DNA of 64,000 nt, taken from positions 1,249 through 65,248 of the forward strand of contig CAMEPL010000001.1 of NCBI GenBank assembly GCA_945931665.1, in the 5' to 3' direction. Positions 60,451-64,000 of this stretch are shown piece after piece. Both the position numbers and the translations under genes were made by a program. How positions within the stretch are numbered: position 1 is the first letter of the stretch; every line of letters begins with the position of its first letter. Origin of the DNA: an uncultured Clostridium sp. (GTDB lineage Bacteria > Bacillota > Clostridia > Peptostreptococcales > Peptostreptococcaceae). Under the pieces are notes generated by a model that was not told the origin of the DNA, made no database searches, and saw only the letters and a program-made list of their open reading frames with translations.

Positions 60451-61818
60451 ATGATACATAAGTTTTCCATGAACGGATATAATATGGTATTAGATGTAGA
60501 TGGGGGAAGTGTACATATATTAGATGATGTTGCATATGAATTAGTTGATTTATATGAAGAAAATACAAAAGAAGAGATAATAGCTAAGCTAGAAGATAAA
60601 TTCACAGCAGAACAAATAGATGAAGCATATGATGAAATAACTAGTTTAAAAGAAGAAGGGTTACTATTCACAACAGATACATATGAATTTAATCCGAATT
60701 TTGTGAATAGACAAAAAGTAGTAAAAGCTTTATGTCTACATGTTTCACACGACTGTAACTTAAGATGTAAATATTGCTTTGCTTCACAAGGAGACTTCGG
60801 TGGGGCTAAAGAAATAATGAACTTTGAAGTTGGTAAAGCTGCAATAGACTACTTAATAGCTAATTCAGGAAACAGAAGAAATTTAGAGATAGACTTCTTT
60901 GGTGGAGAACCACTAATGAATTTTGAAGTTGTTAAACAACTTGTTGAGTACGGAAGAGAAGCAGAAAAAGCTCGTGGAAAAAATATAAGATTCACAATAA
61001 CAACAAACGGAGTTTTATTAGACGACGAAAAAATAAAATACATAAACGAAAATATGCACAATGTAGTTCTTAGTTTAGATGGTAGAAAAGAAGTAAACGA
61101 CAACATGAGACCTACAGTAAATAACAAAGGAAGTTATGATATAATAGCTCCTAAATTCAAAAAATTAGTATCTGAAAGACCAAAAGACAAATACTACTAC
61201 ATAAGAGGTACATTCACTAGAGATAACTTAGATTTTTCAGAAGACGTACTTCACTTTGCAAACGAAGGATTCAAATTAACATCTGTAGAGCCAGTTGTTG
61301 GTGAAGAAGAAAATCCTTATGCATTAAGAGAAGAAGACCTTCCAAAAGTATTTGAAGAATATGAAAAATTAGCAGTTCAATACGCTGATATGAAATTAAA
61401 AGGCGAAGGTTTCACATTCTTCCACTTTATGATAGACTTAAATCAAGGTCCTTGTGTTATAAAAAGAATAACTGGTTGTGGTGCAGGAAATGAATACCTT
61501 GCAATAACTCCATCGGGTGATATATATCCATGTCATCAATTTGTAGGAAATGAAGACTTCAAATTAGGAAATATATTAGAAGAAAAGATAGAATTACCAG
61601 AGGAAGTAACAAATATGTTCAGAGAAGCTCACGTTTATGCTAAAGATGAATGTAGAAACTGTTGGAATAAATTCTATTGTTCTGGTGGATGTCATGCTAA
61701 CGCAATCAACTTCAACAATGACATAAAAGTTCCTTATAAACTTGGATGTGAAATGCAAAAGAAACGTACTGAATGTGCTATAATGATTCAAGCCAAATTA
61801 ATGTTAGAAGGAAATTAA
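60451..61818 (+). CDS. scfB: SCIFF radical SAM/SPASM thioether maturase
   Basis: N-terminal RRE, CNLRCKYC, FFGGEP, GPCVIKRITGCGAG.EY, YPCHQF, C..CW...YCSGGC. Confidence 0.96.
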   Translation: MIHKFSMNGYNMVLDVDGGSVHILDDVAYELVDLYEENTKEEIIAKLEDKFTAEQIDEAYDEITSLKEEGLLFTTDTYEFNPNFVNRQKVVKALCLHVSHDCNLRCKYCFASQGDFGGAKEIMNFEVGKAAIDYLIANSGNRRNLEIDFFGGEPLMNFEVVKQLVEYGREAEKARGKNIRFTITTNGVLLDDEKIKYINENMHNVVLSLDGRKEVNDNMRPTVNNKGSYDIIAPKFKKLVSERPKDKYYYIRGTFTRDNLDFSEDVLHFANEGFKLTSVEPVVGEEENPYALREEDLPKVFEEYEKLAVQYADMKLKGEGFTFFHFMIDLNQGPCVIKRITGCGAGNEYLAITPSGDIYPCHQFVGNEDFKLGNILEEKIELPEEVTNMFREAHVYAKDECRNCWNKFYCSGGCHANAINFNNDIKVPYKLGCEMQKKRTECAIMIQAKLMLEGN

Positions 61819-61839
61819 TATTTAAAGGGGCGAAGGAAA

Positions 61840-62340
61840 ATGATTAAAGAATTTGATGGAATTATGCCTGAAATTGATGAATCTGTTTTTGTTGCAGAAA
61901 GTGCAGATATAATAGGTGATGTCAAAATAGGTAAAAATTCAAGTATATGGTATAACACTGTTCTTAGAGGTGATGAACATGCTATAAGAATAGGTGAAAA
62001 TACTAATATACAAGATGGAACTGTAATCCATGTAGGATGGGATGTAGACACTGTTATAGGTGATAATGTAACAGTAGGTCACAAAGCATTAGTACATGGA
62101 TGTAAAATAGGAAATAACAGTCTTGTAGGTATGGGTGCAATAGTTCTAAATGGTGCTGAAATAGGAGAATACTGCATGATAGCAGCTGGAGCTTTAGTTA
62201 CACAAAATAAAAAATTCCCAGATGGCGTTCTTATAATGGGTTCTCCAGCAAAAGTTGTCAGAGAATTGACTGATGAAGAAAAACAAAGTTTAATAAAATC
62301 AGCAGATGACTATTATAAAAATGCTCAAAGACATAAATAA
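61840..62340 (+). CDS. Gamma carbonic anhydrase family (YrdA-like) protein
   Basis: Hexapeptide repeats, VLRGD, NIQDG.VIH, TVGH..VHGC. Confidence 0.93.
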   Translation: MIKEFDGIMPEIDESVFVAESADIIGDVKIGKNSSIWYNTVLRGDEHAIRIGENTNIQDGTVIHVGWDVDTVIGDNVTVGHKALVHGCKIGNNSLVGMGAIVLNGAEIGEYCMIAAGALVTQNKKFPDGVLIMGSPAKVVRELTDEEKQSLIKSADDYYKNAQRHK

Positions 62341-62410
62341 ATTTAAAATTTATAAATAGTATAGGTTGTAATTTTAAACAAAATTAAGCTAAAATTATTA
62401 TATAAAATGT

Positions 62411-62458
62411 AAATGGATACGACATTAATTGATAAGCAATGTTGTATCCATTTTTTTT
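62411..62458 (+). terminator. Terminator after the gamma-CA gene
   Basis: AAATGGATACGACATT...AATGTTGTATCCATTT followed by a T-run. Confidence 0.8.
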
Positions 62459-62459
62459 A

Positions 62460-62723
62460 GGGGGAATATTCTGTTGTGTAACAAGAAGAACAGACTCTGT
62501 TACAGATGAGATAGACAAAATATTGGGTATTGATAAAACAGAAAATGAATCAGATAGAAGTATTTTGTATGTATTCAATATACTATGGGAAAATGGATAC
62601 TATCCTAATGTAGATGATATCTAAGAAGAAAATATAAAACAATATTTAAAAGATATAAGTCAAAATGGTGTAGTATACGAAGAGATAAAGGCAAAAAAAG
62701 CAGTAGTATATTGGAAAAAGTAA
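62460..62723 (+). pseudogene. 3' remnant of a gene, possibly a class I SAM methyltransferase
   Basis: No real start; SILYVFNILWENGYYPNV..* then in-frame EENIKQYL...AVVYWKK*. Confidence 0.45.
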
Positions 62724-62909
62724 AACAAATTATGAAATAATACAAAAATATAATATAATAAAAACTGTAAAAATATAAAGCAGAAAATATGAATTTAATA
62801 ATATGCATATGGAAAAAAATAACATAACAAAAAGATGCAGGATCTTTATAATAAATGGATAAATTGGAAAAATAAAAATGTAATTTATATAAAATCAGGA
62901 GGTGACTAT

Positions 62910-64000
62910 ATGCTTTATAAAAAGAAATGGACATTGAGACATTTTGGGAAAATAGAACAAGATAAAATGAGTGAAAAAATCGGTATTTCCCCGGAAATAG
63001 GCCAAATATTAAAAAATAGAGACATAATAACAGAAAAAGATGCGGAAATATTCATGAATCCATCTTTAGATTATCTAAGAGACCCATTTTTAATGAAAGA
63101 TATGCAAAAAGGTGTAGATAGAATAAAGGAAGCCATCGAAAAAAATGAACGAATATTTATATATGGAGATTATGATGTCGATGGTGTATCGTCAACTTCT
63201 GTACTAGTTTTATATTTTAAGTCGATAGGATATAAAGTAAATTATTACATACCAAATAGATTAAAAGAAGGTTATGGGATTAGTGTCGAAGCATTAGAAA
63301 AAATCAATGAGATGGGCTGTGATTTATTAATAAGTGTCGACTGTGGGATTACATCGGCAAAAGAAGTGGAATTTGCAAAGGAACTTGGAATGGATGTTAT
63401 AATTACTGACCATCATGAATGCCAAGATGAAGTTCCAGATGCAATCGCAGTAATAAATCCAAAACAAGAAGACTGCACTTATCCTTATGATTTCTTATGT
63501 GGATGTGGAGTGGCATTCAAATTAGTACAAGCTTTAACTCCGCCTGAAGAATTTAAAACGACTATGTACGATTATTTAGAAATTGTTACATTAGCAACAA
63601 TATGCGATATAGTGCCATTAAAAGATGAAAATAGAATCATTGTAAAAAATGGTCTAAATATGATGAAAGATGGAAGAAATATAGGGTTAAAAGAGCTTAT
63701 AAAAGTATGTGGAATAGATACGCATCAAATAAAATCATCACATATAGGATATTCAGTAGGTCCTAGAATAAATGCATCAGGTCGTCTAGGATATTCTTAT
63801 TTAGGGGTAGAGCTTTTTACAGCTGATGACCCTAAAAAAGCTAAAGAAATAGCACTTGATTTAGAAGAAAAAAATAGTGAAAGACAATTAATCGAAAGTA
63901 AGATGTATAGCGAGGCTGAAGAAATTATAAATAGTGACCCATCTTACCAAGATGACAAGGTTTTAGTTATAGCTAATGAAGGTTGGCAACATGGAATAAT
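62910..64000 (+). CDS. recJ: ssDNA exonuclease RecJ, 3' end outside window
   Basis: Not in ORF track; RBS AGGAGG; YGDYDVDG, YIPNR..EGYG, VDCG, TDHH, GPRINASGR. Confidence 0.97.
   Translation, partial: MLYKKKWTLRHFGKIEQDKMSEKIGISPEIGQILKNRDIITEKDAEIFMNPSLDYLRDPFLMKDMQKGVDRIKEAIEKNERIFIYGDYDVDGVSSTSVLVLYFKSIGYKVNYYIPNRLKEGYGISVEALEKINEMGCDLLISVDCGITSAKEVEFAKELGMDVIITDHHECQDEVPDAIAVINPKQEDCTYPYDFLCGCGVAFKLVQALTPPEEFKTTMYDYLEIVTLATICDIVPLKDENRIIVKNGLNMMKDGRNIGLKELIKVCGIDTHQIKSSHIGYSVGPRINASGRLGYSYLGVELFTADDPKKAKEIALDLEEKNSERQLIESKMYSEAEEIINSDPSYQDDKVLVIANEGWQHGI

Overview
AT-rich chromosomal segment of a spore-forming Peptostreptococcaceae-type clostridium (taxon inferred from gene order and protein character). 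The backbone is PBP1A-spoIVB2-amidase-ABC-F...hflX-yigZ-tauE-nadE-yebC on the left and bofC-ruvCAB-queA-tgt-yajC-scfA...scfB-gamma-CA-recJ on the right. Accessory blocks are: (i) a two-gene operon encoding a 1254-aa SEL1-repeat / RelE-like / UvrD-type SF1 helicase / TPR protein plus a coiled-coil SEL1 partner, which is the best candidate for an undescribed conflict or defence system; (ii) a RecQ-PRTase + DprA (RqlH/RqlI-like) pair followed by decaying transporter and regulator genes; (iii) an oxidative Stickland-type cluster (aminotransferase, 2-oxoacid:ferredoxin oxidoreductase, LysR, ptb, buk) whose three promoters share an identically spaced double LysR box; (iv) a second, Gln-dependent NAD synthetase, a tandem pair of unknown Cys-motif paralogues and a TetR-linked single-chain dehydratase/activator; (v) a molybdate ABC module sitting between the SCIFF precursor (missed by the ORF track) and its radical SAM maturase. 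No rRNA, tRNA, CRISPR array, transposase or integrase was seen. All family calls come from motif recognition by eye; no searches were run.
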